Shown here piece after piece: positions 23,701 through 36,017 of a stretch of 64,000 nt of DNA. The stretch lies in contig NC_091286.1 of assembly GCF_032444005.1 (NCBI RefSeq), positions 355,446,001 through 355,510,000 on the forward strand. Direction: 5' to 3'. The stretch is from Ranitomeya imitator. Taxonomy: Eukaryota. Below the pieces are notes generated by a model. The model made no database searches. It was not told the origin of the DNA and saw only the letters and a program-made list of their open reading frames with translations. Position 1 is the first letter of the stretch; every line of letters begins with the position of its first letter. The position numbers and the translations under genes were made by a program.

Positions 23701-26700
23701 ATTAGTTGCTCTGTGGTTTCTTTGTACCTAGGTGATTTCCTGGGTACAATTTAAACATACGGAGCACCTATACCCGCCACTATATATGTTTTTAGTCTTT
23801 TTTCAGGCCCTATATATATGTATATATACATTTCCTTAACACATTTTTTTTTCCACATACTTCATTTTTTTCACATATTTCATTTATTTTTTCACATTAA
23901 ACATATTAGTATCCTGTTCACACAGCGTTTAAGTTGCAAATTATTATTTTTTATATTATATTTCATTTTGATGCAGCATCATAGTTATGTTTTTTTTATA
24001 TCAGCTTGAGATTTGCAATTTCTTGACACTATGCACTTTTGTTTGTCAGATCATACATATGCATTGGTCCTGTTGTAGACTCTGGCGGTCATTTTGGGAT
24101 AGCCATATTGTAATTTGAATGTGTATTTAGTCCGTCCTTATTTTATATATTTAATATATCTGTAATTTTACTCCGTATACAGGCACACTGTTGGTGCCAT
24201 TGCCAATATGTCTAAATAAAGGCTTATTTTATACCTATTTTTGTCCTTATATATATTCTTTATTCAGGTCTATATTATTCTGGGTTTCTTGTTTGAAGGG
24301 TTTTTTGCTATACAACCCCCTCAAGAAGATACCGCCACTCCTCCAAGGCCAATTTGATGGCAAGCAATTCTGGAGAAAAAACCACAGGAGACTAATCGAC
24401 CCGAGTTAAACCTCTGTAGAAGTAGAGCTCCGGCTCCGATAGAGGACGCTTCCACTTCAACAATGAATGGCCTATTGGTATCCGGATGATGAAGCACCGA
24501 TGCAGAAGCAAACTCTCGCTTCAGAGTTTGGAAGGCTGTTTCAGCCTCCGGTGGACAAATATTAGGATCGACTCCCTTGCAGACCAGAGCAGAGATTGGC
24601 TTAGACAGAGAGGAGAAGTGAGGAATAAATTGTCTGTAATTGGTAAAGCCAAGAAATCGCTGAACAGCCTTTACTCCCGATGGACGGGGCCAATTCAGAA
24701 CGGCAGACACCTTCTCAGGATCCATCTTCAGACCATCCTCGGAAACGATATAACCAAGGAAAGGCACAGAAGACTGTTCAAAGACGCATTTCTCAATCTT
24801 AGCGAAGAGATTATTCTCCCTTAGACGAAGTAAGACTCGGCGAACGTCTCATCGATGGGTGGATAGATCAGGAGAGAAGAAGAGGATGTCATCCAAGTAG
24901 ACTACAACAATGGTATAGAGGCAGTCTCGAAAGATGTCATTGACAAACTCTTGGACCACCGCAGGAGCATTACAAAGCCCAAAAGGCATTACCAAATACT
25001 CGTAGTGACCGTCCCCAGTGTTGAACGCGGTCTTCCACTCGTCTCCGGCACAGATGCGAACCAAGTTGTAGTCTCCCCGAAGATCAAGCTTGGTAAAAAT
25101 TTGTGCTCTTCTCAGACGGTCGAAAAGTTCAGAGATAAGAGGTAAGGGGTATTTGTTCTTCACAGTGATGTTATTTAATCCCCTGTAATCAATACACGGG
25201 CGAAGAGTACCATCCTTCTTTTTCATGAAAAAGAAACCTGCCCTAGCTGGAGAGGAAGATTTCGGAATAAAACCTGTAGCGAGATTCTTCTGAACATAGT
25301 CCAACATAGCTTGTGTGTCTGCAGGCGAGAGAGGATAGATTCTTCCCCTAGGAGGCGTGCCACCAGGAACGAGGTCTATAGGACACTCGTAGGGTCGATG
25401 CGGCAGAAGAGACTCTGCCTCCTTTTAAGCAAAAACATCTGAAAAAGAAGAAAAAGCAGAAGGCAACCCGGAGGGAATGGGACTGGGACAAGGAACACCC
25501 ACAGGACGCACCGGCTGCAGACAACGAGACCGACAGGAATCTCCCCAACGAAGAATGTTGACCGTATGCCAATCTAGGAAAGGTTCATGGAGACGCAACC
25601 ACGGAAGCCCGAGGAGAATAGGATGAGAAATGTTATGTTGGCTAAAACAAAGAACAAGATTTTCTCTCTATGAAGAGCCCCTACCTGAAGCTCTACCAAA
25701 TGTGTAACTTGAGTTATGGTCTCTTGCAGGGGTTTTCCGTCAACAGAAGCGAGAAGAAGAGGATTCTCTAAAGACCTAACAGGAACTGAGAATTTAATTA
25801 CCTCCTCCAACCTAATAAAATTTCCCGCTGCACCCAAGTCCAGATAAGCCTCAAGAGAAAAACATTTATCATGAATATGTAACAAAACGGGCAGAGTGAG
25901 GGGTTGAGAGGTTTCACAGGCACCTAGGGAGGCCTCTCTTGCCTGCCCTAGGCGGAGGAGTTTTCCGGACGATCTGTGCAGGCACGGAGGAGATGTGAGA
26001 AACTTCCACAGTAAAAACAGAGACCCTGGGAGCGCCTCTCCTTGTGATGTTGTTCGGAGAGTTTAACACGATCAACTTGCATCAGCTTGGGAGCAGAAAC
26101 AGAAGTAGAGACCCTGGGACGTATACTGGGAGGCCTACCGGAAGTCATAGAAGAACGAGGAAATTTTCTCTCCCGAGCTCATTCCTGAAAGCGAAGATCT
26201 ATTCCTGTTGCCAAGGCAATCAAATCCTCCAAAATAGTTGGAGTATCTTGACCAGCTAATTCATCTTTGATACGACTGGAAATTCCCCGCCAGAAAGCCC
26301 TGACCAACGCTTCATTATTCCAACCAAAGTCGGAAGATAAAGTCCAAAACTGAATAGCGTATTGCTCAACAGTTAGGGACCCATGCTGTAAATTAAACAG
26401 GGCCTCTGTGGTTGAAGCCAAGCGACCTGGTTCATCGAACACACGACGGAACGTCTCCAAAAATGGAGTCAACTGGTTGAGCACAGGATCATTCCGCTCC
26501 CAGAGAGGGTTAACCCATGCTAGAGCATCACCCTCCAAATGAGAAATAATAAAGGCTATCTTGGCCCAATCTGTAGGGTATTGCTGGGGAAGAAGCTCAA
26601 AATGAAGGCGACACTGATTCAAAAATCCCCGGCATTGTCTGGGATCTCCATTGAAACGGGGAGGTTTTGCCAAACGGGGAGTGGGATGAGGAGCAGGAAC

Positions 26701-27789
26701 AGGAGCAGGAACAGATGCAGCAGTCTGTAAAGAAAGGAGTCGGGTATCAACAGATGCCATATAACTCAGAATATGGGACTGGGTGTCCCGCTGCTGCACC
26801 AGCTCCTGCTGCAAACTGGCCAGCTGGGAGCCATTCCCTGGGTCAGAGGTCTGGAGGGCAGAAAGTCGAGAGTCCATGAATTTCATGAAGGACATCATCC
26901 GACTCTGATTCTCCCGCAGGAAAACTAGTTCCTTCTGAGCAGCCGCAGCTCCAGCGGGATCCATGGCCTTTGCGTACTATTAGAACCCAAGAAGTGGACC
27001 CTCTGGGGTCGTGGCTTCAGAGCCCCCAAAGGCAAGCGGACCAGATGGGGCCACCACCTGTACAGGGAGTGTTTGGGGCAGGACCAAGGAGGATGAAGCC
27101 GCAACTGCCGGAGCCAAAGGGACAACTAAGGATAGGGCCACAGAAGGGTCAAAGGACAGGGAAGAGATGGAAACTCAGGGGTAAACAGAACGAAAGAGAC
27201 ACCGGATGGGCAGAGGCTGCAGAAACTAAGTACTGACCGGAATGGAGGAGAAACTCATCTAATGGGGAATGACAGGAACACAGGACCAGCTGGAATGACA
27301 GGAGCACAGGACCAGCTGAGATGGCAGGAATGCAGGACTGGCAAGGATGACTGGTACACAGGACTGGCAGAGACGGCTGGTACACAGAACTGGCAAGGAA
27401 GGCAGAAACACAGAACTTACGAGGATGGCAGGAACATGGGACTTGCAGAGATTGCAGAAACACAGGACTGGCAGAGGAGACTGGCACACAGGACTGGCAG
27501 AGGAGACTGGCACACAGGACTGGCAGGAGCGGCAGGCACACAGGACTGGCTGAGAAGACTGGCACACAGGACTGGCAGGGGCAGCAAGCACACAGGACTG
27601 GCTGGGATGGCAGGCACACTGGACTGGCTGAGGAAGACAGAACATGTGAATGTGACACGAGCTTAAACAGGGGAAACGCACGAAGAGCCAGAGAAACTAA
27701 AGAGACGCTGTCAAGAAGTCGGTGAACACAATAGACGCAAAGGCGTCTTACGCAGTCAGATGCAGGAGAGAAATACCCGACGGGCGCTG
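17789..27789. repeat. Tandem segmental duplication, unit 2 (10,001 bp)
   Basis: Differs from unit 1 by about ten changes seen by eye, including a 1-bp insertion near 22183. Confidence 0.97.
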
Positions 27790-27967
27790 TCATATTGGGG
27801 GCGGAGCCAGCGGGTCACGGCCTCCCAGAAGTCCCAGCAGTCAGAGGAGCACGTCTACACATGCGCGGACCGCCAAAGGGACGAACACTAGGGAATCCAG
27901 ATGGAGAAAAGCGAGAGGAGCATCGGGAGTGTGCCAGCCGGAGAGGTAAGTATTGGGTGGCGTAACA
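20677..27967 (-). mobile_element. Ty3/Gypsy chromovirus A, copy 2 with complete 990-bp 5' LTR (26978-27967)
   Basis: Same domains as copy 1. The LTR reads TGTTA...TAATA (degenerate TAACA) on the minus strand and is followed by gtacgcaaaggcc and the gag ATG. Confidence 0.95.
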
Positions 27968-29232
27968 CTCACTATAAGTCTCGTGATTACTATATTGTAA
28001 AAAGGACCTATTAGTGTTCAATATACAGGTGGACTAAATAAATTCTTCTGAAATGATGAGATGGAAAAGGCTTTTTATTCACCACCCATAAACACTGTGA
28101 TTAGCATAGCCTGAAAGGCTAGAAGTCAACTTCTGTGAATGAAAAATGCACCTTGGAGATTGAATAGTGACACAATAACTCAAAAAGAGGGCATATAATA
28201 TGCATTTCTCAGCTGATGTAAAATGTTTATGTTTGAATGGCATTTTCTTAACTATTTACAGTATATACCTAAACTTGTAAACCTCCAACAGAGAAAAGTG
28301 TTTAGGTTCAATTGGTATCTCACAATACTATATACAACTCTATTCTATGTTGCTAAAGTCCAATAAATAGAAACAGCTATGTTGTCTTGTTGTAGCATTT
28401 GCTCCATTATTGATAGACTAGTAAATATTTTAAATTAGAAATTAAAATAGCTATGGATTAGAATAAAACAAAGCACTGGTTATTATTTCTAAGTTAAAAT
28501 GTTAATGTATCCTCATTCTTTGTAATAGAGAAGCATATGTAAGGTGAAGGCAGCTTAAGTAGTACACTGCAAAGCAACTGTGTTTTGGATAAAAAATCAT
28601 TAAATGAAGTTTTGCTTTAAGATAAGGTTTGACAGTTCAGATGTATACCTCAAACCTGCAGGTCACAATTACTTTTATCACCTCATGTATCTTTATTTGA
28701 CAAGAGACCATGTAATAAATCATATAAAAATGAATAATACAAGTCTTGGATAGTTACAGAGAAGTATATGCCTTGTAAAGTACAGGGGTGATTTCTAGAA
28801 TTCTGAAAAAACAAACTAAATAATTATTTGTATTGCAAGAAATGTTGTAAGATTCCATAAAAGTAATGAATTAAAATTAACTTAAGATTGTTTGCAGCAT
28901 TTCTGTCTAAAAAGTCTGTTTTTTTAAAGTAAAAAAAGTTGAACAAACTACACTTTAGGCAGAGCACGGTGACTGGGGAAGCAAGTAGTTCCTAAAAGAG
29001 GCTGTCCACCACTGGACAACTCTAGTTTAATATACATGCATGACCCCATATAAAATAAAAGCAGTGCTTACTCATTTCTTATAGTGGCACTGTTCCACCA
29101 TTCCAGCGATGTTGGTGCTACTTTTCCTGGAGAGTGACAGGACATTGTTGTGGAAGGCGTAACATTGCTTATTATGGAGACTGTTAAGCCTGACATACTA
29201 GGATAAAGTGGCTTATAGACCATACTAATATA

Positions 29233-29580
29233 CAGTGGTGAAAATAAGTATTGGATCCCTTTTTTGTTGATTTTGTAAGTTTGCCCACTGACAATGACAT
29301 GAACAGTCTATAAGGGTTGGTTAATTTTAACATTGAGAGATAGAATATCAAAAATAAAATCCAGAAAATCACATTCTATAAATTATTTAATGTATTTGCA
29401 TTTTGCAGTGAGAAATAAGTATTTGATCCCCCTGGCAAACAAGACATAATACTTGGTGGCAATGCTCTTGTTGGCAAGCACAGCAGTCTAACATTTTTTG
29501 CAGCTGATGATGAGGTTTGCTCACATGTCAGGAGGAATTTTGCTCTACTTCTCTTTGTAGATCATTTCTAAATCATTAAG
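29233..29580 (-). mobile_element. Tc1-like terminal fragment (TIR plus transposase 3' end remnant)
   Basis: TA-cagtggtgaaaataagtatt start, inner repeat gaaataagtatttgatccc near 29410, then degenerate coding-like sequence. Confidence 0.6.
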
Positions 29581-29589
29581 ACTGTAAAT

Positions 29590-30210
29590 ATGCAAATTGT
29601 CTCTTCCAAAAGGATGAGGACTTGAATTATAGTGCCATCTTCTGGAAGTAGCAATCCTAAAAGTCAATATCGACCACATAGAATAAAAGACAAATCAGAA
29701 TATCAATTTGGAGATATGTGTTTAGGGTGTTGCTCCTCCTCAGTGCAAAGCATAAGATCTGATTTGGCTGTATGAAAGGTCTGTAACTGGGGTCTGAGGC
29801 TTGATCAAGGGTTGATATTGACTCTAATGATTGCTACTTCCAATAAGTGGCACTAGAGGTCAAGTCCTCATCCTCTCTGAAGAGCCAATAATTCATTTCC
29901 CAGAGAAGAATTACACAAGTTATAAGCCTCCTTACCTTGATATGTCAGGCATGACACTCTCCACAAAGAGAAGCATTACCCCTTAGACCCTAGTCAGAGG
30001 TATCTCGTAGAGCCAAATCAGATCTCAAACTTTGCACTGATGATAGGCAACACCTCAAAACACGTCTGCAAATTGGAATTCTGGTTTGACTTTTATCGTC
30101 CTATGACAAAGCTCATTAAAGGGTTGATATAGACTTTTAGTATTGCTACTTCCAGTAGGTGGCACCAGAGTTCAAGTCATCTTCCTGTCTGAAGGGACGA
30201 TTTTCGTATG
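29590..30210. mobile_element. Degenerate inverted-repeat MITE-like element
   Basis: ggacttgaattatagtgccatcttctggaagtagcaatcctaaaagtc mirrors gacttttagtattgctacttccagtaggtggcaccagagttcaagtc. agatctgatttggct mirrors agccaaatcagatct. Confidence 0.6.
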
Positions 30211-32649
30211 TAACATTTTTGTGTCATCTGCTGGCTGCGGCCACTATTCCTCTTCCGCCCTCACTATTTCATCTGTGTAGTTGTCCGGTCTGATGGATAT
30301 TGATGATCTGCAGACGAAATATCTAAAAACAATGTAACGCCACTCTCCGTGAACAGAAATGTTGACATTGCTAGAATGGTGAAGCTTTAGGAGGTGAAAA
30401 TATAGTGTCTTTATTTTAAGTGAATTGATTAATCTGGGGTTGTCCAGGGACAATCCATTTATTAAAATTATCCAAATATTATCCAAATTAAACAATTTTA
30501 TAGCAACACTTTCTGCTTTTCCATTTTAAACAGCTACTTCTTTTAGGGATTCGGGAACATTTGAAAATGTTAATTTTGCTGGTAATAATCTTATAGGCAC
30601 AGTCCAGTCACACAACAAGATAGATGTTAGCTAAACACTAGTTTGACTAAAAGCTATTTCTCCTGCCAAGTATGTTACTATATTTTAATTGGGAGATACT
30701 AATAAGTCACTTATATACCCTTTTGGTAGTGACTAATATTCCATGAATATCCACATTAGTTCATCTTTTTATCAACATCATTGGGGTACAGCACAAAATA
30801 GCACTGATTAATCCTCACAACAATTGTCAGGTATGGACAGAGTTGAGAAATGGTCATTTACGTCTAAGTATTATTGTTTCTCTACTAGCTTAAAATACAG
30901 TTTTTAAGTTTCTAAAAATTAAATTAAAACTGATGATTCATTGTCTTATGTATTTTAACAAAAATCTTAAAATTAAGCAAAGTAAATTATTTGCACCTTT
31001 TTAATATACACACAGCCATCTAAATGCTAATCTAAAAACTAGCTGAAGTTATAATTATTTATTGTGTTTCCTTGCATACTAAAATTAATTGTACATTGGA
31101 ATGAATTGCAATCTCATTCCATAGTTTACTTCTTTTTAATAAAAAAAATAGTTTATGTGCCACAAGCTACTGATTAAACAAAATTATTAAACATAATAAG
31201 AAAGGAAAAAGTGAATCTTATGGGAAAGCAAATACATTTCATTACTCTAATGCATTAAATCAAGGAAAAATGTTGGTGATACACTAGAATACACTGTTAA
31301 TGGTATAAAATTATTGATAAGTGAATCTGATGAAATTGAAATTCCGCAAATTTGGTTAGGAAATTCGATTTGCATCAAAGTGTTTCAAATGTTCTTTATT
31401 TTGATTTGGGCTCTCTATCCAGACCCCAGAAGGTAATAGACATGGAATAAATAAAAAAAAATACTCACCATTCCAGCCACCACAATTCCCCTTCCAGCGA
31501 TAAATAATATTTCCATGGACAACCCCTTTAACCTCACAAAAACTGGGACAAATTTAACATAGAAAGCAGTAAAATTCTAGTTAGTTTTTTTTTTGGTCTT
31601 TTTTTTTCTTCAAAGTAAGTGCACGAGACCTCGGTTTTCATGGAATGAGTTTTATGTTGGTGTAATTTTATTGTACATACATTGTATGTAACCCAAATTG
31701 ATCTCAATGACAATGTCAGTTGTCTTAGCAAAAATGCTAGCCCTCACACAGCTCAATGGGCAGAAAACAAAATGTACAGGTGTCAGAAAATTTACCTGGC
31801 CAATTCATTTTTTTTAACAACTTAATCTTTTTACAATTTTTATTTTACCTTTTTCTTCACTGAAGTATCGCTGTAATTGCACTGACCTCGACAATCATGT
31901 TTACAGGTCATTTTTACCATGCAATGAATATTATAAAAGAAAAAACCCCAAAACAATGCAGTATTACATGTATTTATGGCAGATTTATGCTGCACTATGG
32001 GAAGGAGCACCATTTCAATTTTTGCCTCAGGCAGTAGGAAAGCTAGAATGAGTGTTTGCCTATATTTGTATCAGAAAAATAGTTAACTTTTTAGCAGCCT
32101 TTCCATTTCCTTGCATACAGCATACAAATTTATTCACTAACGAGTTAAGAAAAAAGTGATTTGTGAACTAGGTGCCAATGTGTTATAATCAGTAATATCG
32201 TCCTGTTTAGTCCTCTAGCTCTTTACTTTTTAATGCATTTTGAATTCAGTTTGAAGCAGCATTCCAAAACATCAAAAGAACTTTCCAATTTCATGTTTTC
32301 CATATTTTTATTTACTGTTGTACGTGATTCTGTAGTAAAATCTGCAACCTTATTATGCCACTTACATTGCAGGCAATATTTCATATATATTTTATTCATA
32401 TCACTGCCACAAGTTTATAAAGTACCAAAAAAGAAACAATTTAAATCCCTGCTTCTTTCTAATCAGCGGTCCCTGGCTGACGTGAAAAGGGAGAAGGAAA
32501 CAGTGGAATATATTTATTTATGCGCTCAACTATACAGTTCAGTTCAATTAACTTGTCCAAGTTTCTGTTGACTATGAGCAATTTGGAAAAGTTAAATTGG
32601 AAATATATGTAGGTAAATAACAAATCGATGTATGTACATAGTATGCACG

Positions 32650-33537
32650 TGTGGCACCCCTAGGGGTATTTGCCACAAAAACAGTTACTGACACTAAATA
32701 CAAATACTAAAATAGCAAGACTGCACTACCACCTCCGGCCAGAAGGGGGAGCTCCAGAGACTCCCCTTGATCCATTCTGGTCTGAGAGAAGAACTGGCAG
32801 TTGGGCTAAGGAGCTGAAAGTGAGAGGTCATACAACTGAATTTCTAACAGCCCTATGACGGTTTCCAGGCCCAAATCACCGGCCTGAGGAGAAGAGGGAC
32901 AGAGAAAAAGGACATTGTGAGAACCGGGTAGCATTAACCACTACCCAGAACAGGCGCAAAGACGGATACCGGATCCGTGGCTGTATTCATTATATATAAT
33001 ACAGCAACCGGAAAACGTGAGGTGATATCAGTTTCACTAGGGCCGGACGCAGCAACAGATACAGAGTTCAGTGGTACTCCCGGAGGGGGTAAGCCGATAA
33101 AAGGACTCGGGTTGCCCGTCGAACCAGGACCCGGAGGGGACAGATTGGGCCGGCAGCCAGTTCACATACAGCAGCAGGGCCACACAGAAACTGCGTACAA
33201 TAAGAGGAAAAGACCCCGGCAGGGTCAAAGTAACTCAGAGTTCCCATACAGACTCCGATGACAGGACTGGTTGTAAATCCCTTTATGTTGAAGTAAACTG
33301 GTTAAACGTTTCAGTGCCTTAGTCTTTCATTTGGACAATAGCCATCTATCCAGGATCGGGATCATCACCGCTGGGAGAACCTGCTGCTGATCAAGTAAGT
33401 GCCTGTTCCCTCACGATACCCCTTACACTGTGCATTGCCTGAGACCACAGCACCGGGTCAAGCCACCCGTGACATCCCCCTCAAGAGACAGACCCCATTG
33501 GTCCGGTGCTGGGTACCCCGGTCTCCTGGGCGTCACA
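32650..33537. mobile_element. Solo LTR (888 bp) with 4-bp TSD CACG
   Basis: tgtggcaccc...gggcgtcaca termini. cacg at 32646-32649 and 33538-33541. Confidence 0.85.
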
Positions 33538-33776
33538 CACGCAAATTTTCCATACATATTAGAGTAATGTCAGATGTTGATGTTTTCATTGGGAGTTGTA
33601 GACAATCTTATGTACATGTCTTGCATCATTCTATAGCCATTACTTGCAGTGGTCACATGCCTCAACAGCCAGAGCAGGAAGTACAGAGATCAGTCCAGAG
33701 ATGAGGCACCTGCATCCAATCACGCTACATGTGCAAACAGCACCCTACAATCTTATCCACTTTAAGCCTATATTAA

Positions 33777-34271
33777 AGGGGTTTTTCATTTTCAGAAAAC
33801 CTGTCTCCAGGCGCAGTTTCTAAAAAAGAAAAATTGTGCTGTACTGACCCTCTCTTTTTTGGCTCTCTAACTCATTCCGTGTGTGAATGAGTTAGAGTCC
33901 TTCAACTTTATTTTAGGAACATACTGTAAGCATAGACAAAACAAGTCAGCAAAACCAATGTGTTTCGACCAGAGGCTCCCACTCTGGTTGTCTCTTACTG
34001 TCTGCAGCACTGATGGCACATCAACAGCACAGCAGCCAATCAGTGAGCTCACTGACTCCGACTAAGTAGACAGTGCGAGCTGCTCAGAGCTACTAAGGTC
34101 AATGTTAGTTGCAGCTCTGTCAACCTGACATTTATGCTGCAGGCAATAACAGATATGGGGAACAATGATTTAGACTCAGCGCTTGGATCTGGGATGTTCA
34201 GAAAATCACAGTATTTTTTTCTAAGCACACTGTGTCTAGGGATAGGTGTATTCTGAAAATGGAAAACCTGT
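33777..34271. mobile_element. Kolobok/T2-type MITE
   Basis: TTAA flanks (33773-33776, 34272-34275). Termini aggggtttttcattttcag / ctgaaaatggaaaacctgt. Confidence 0.75.
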
Positions 34272-35439
34272 TTAAATTTCACTTGATGTAGTTCAATCTA
34301 ACAATGGACATGTGAGCCAAACATATTTAAAATCCATTAATTATTCAATAATGTATATTTAAGTTATATACCTTTCTGCACAACTCTTCTTTCATCACCA
34401 ACAGCCACTGGGCCTCCTCTCTTCATCATGTTTAAAAGAAATGTTTTTTTACGGTAAATTATAGGTCTGGGTACAATATAGGTTTATAAAGCCAATTAGG
34501 TAGAAATCAAGGGAGGGGTAAGTAAGTAAGCCACTTCTGTCTGAGACTTCATTGTATTTATAGGGAACTTATAACAAAACTCAATAACTGGCCGCTCTGA
34601 TAATGAAACTTGAAACTTTAACCTATTTTTTGTCCCAGGACTTAGAGCCAAGAACAAAATTAATTAATAATTAATTAACTAATTAATAAGTTACTATGTT
34701 GCGTTGAAAAAATATTCAAACCCCGTGAATGTTTCCACATTTTTAACATTACACCCACAAATTTAAATGTTTTAATTGACATTTTATCTGATATAACAAC
34801 GCTAAGTAGCAAGTATTTGAAAAGCGTAAAGGAAATTGTGAAGAGCTGGCCTTGTTCTGAAAACTATTGGACCAGTGCACATAGAATGTAATCCACGACA
34901 CTAAGGGATACAGACTTTCTCCAGCACGGAGCACTGGTTACGTCAAACTTATTGTTGTGTTTAATTAGAGAATTGCTTGCTTATAAGTTAAGTGCATTAA
35001 TTTTTTTGGAAAGTGTTGAGCCTCTGGAATCAATGTTTCTATTTATTGACAGTAAGCAGTGGATCTCACATATACATAAGGCCTACATTAACATTTTTGT
35101 CCTGAATCTGGTGGGGGCAAGAGTGTCTTAATTCCTCTCTGCCGGGGGCCTCCCTAATACACAAACCTGCAGACAGGCTGGAGACTTGTTTCTGGAACAT
35201 TCTTCACTCTTTGAGCTAAAAGCAAATGTTTAAAGGGGAGAGTGTGAACACTTCTGAACACCAAGGGGGCTGATCCCAGGAGAGGGAAAACGATAAGCCA
35301 TATGTTTAGTAAATGTGTTGATGCATTAAGCTGAGGTGCTAGGATATGTTGGTGAAGTCTTGGTGCCCGTGCATGAGCGGCCTAAAAAGATTAGAGATCA
35401 GTTGCTGGCAGGACCTTGATACACATGCTATGGCAGCGA

Positions 35440-35990
35440 TATCACATACCATCAGGCTTTCTCCTTTGAACTTGACAGTGTCTTCACTTTCTTGATCCAT
35501 TAAACCTTTTTCCCTTTTTTTCTTCCAGACCCATTTGCACCAATCAGAGTCCAGTCTGTTGAATTTTGTGACATTGCTTCAAATCACCTTTACTCAATCT
35601 TCTACTATCCACTTTGCGTACTTTCCAGACATGTGTAATGTGTTGCACCATGTTTGCATAGATGTCTGTGATCTTACTATTACAAAGCATATGAACTAGC
35701 TCCACGGCCATGTTTGTTGCACCAAAACTGATTGACCTTGTGATGAGCGAAATTGTTGATTTCAATATTTTGCCTGGATATCCACCTCTTGACTTTTAAA
35801 TAGATGGATGGAATTCATGTTATATTCTTCCAACTGTCATGGCACTCACATGATGCAGTATGACAATGTTCTTGCCAAGAGACTGCTATTGATGAGCTGG
35901 ATGATGCAGTTTCTCGTTTCTTGGGAAATCTTCAAAGCTGCTCCTCGATTTGAGCCAGTGACCTTTTGCTTTGGAATAAACCTAATAACA
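35440..35990 (-). pseudogene. Highly degenerate Tc1-like transposase N-terminal half
   Basis: Minus frames give KISQETRNCIIQL..., LITRSISFGATNMAVELVHML...RLSK, resembling Tc1 paired-like HTH and Tc3_2 regions, with multiple stops. Confidence 0.6.
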
Positions 35991-36017
35991 CACTGAGTTA
36001 TTAGGGAATGTGATAAC

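Noticed and set aside
28000-32600. Host-gene exons in the AT-rich interval
   Set aside because: No ORF with recognisable homology and no consistent splice chain. Only TE fragments were discernible.
34865-34945. Possible snRNA-like structured segment
   Set aside because: Does not match the U2 snRNA sequence I compared it with from memory, and shows no promoter or terminator context.
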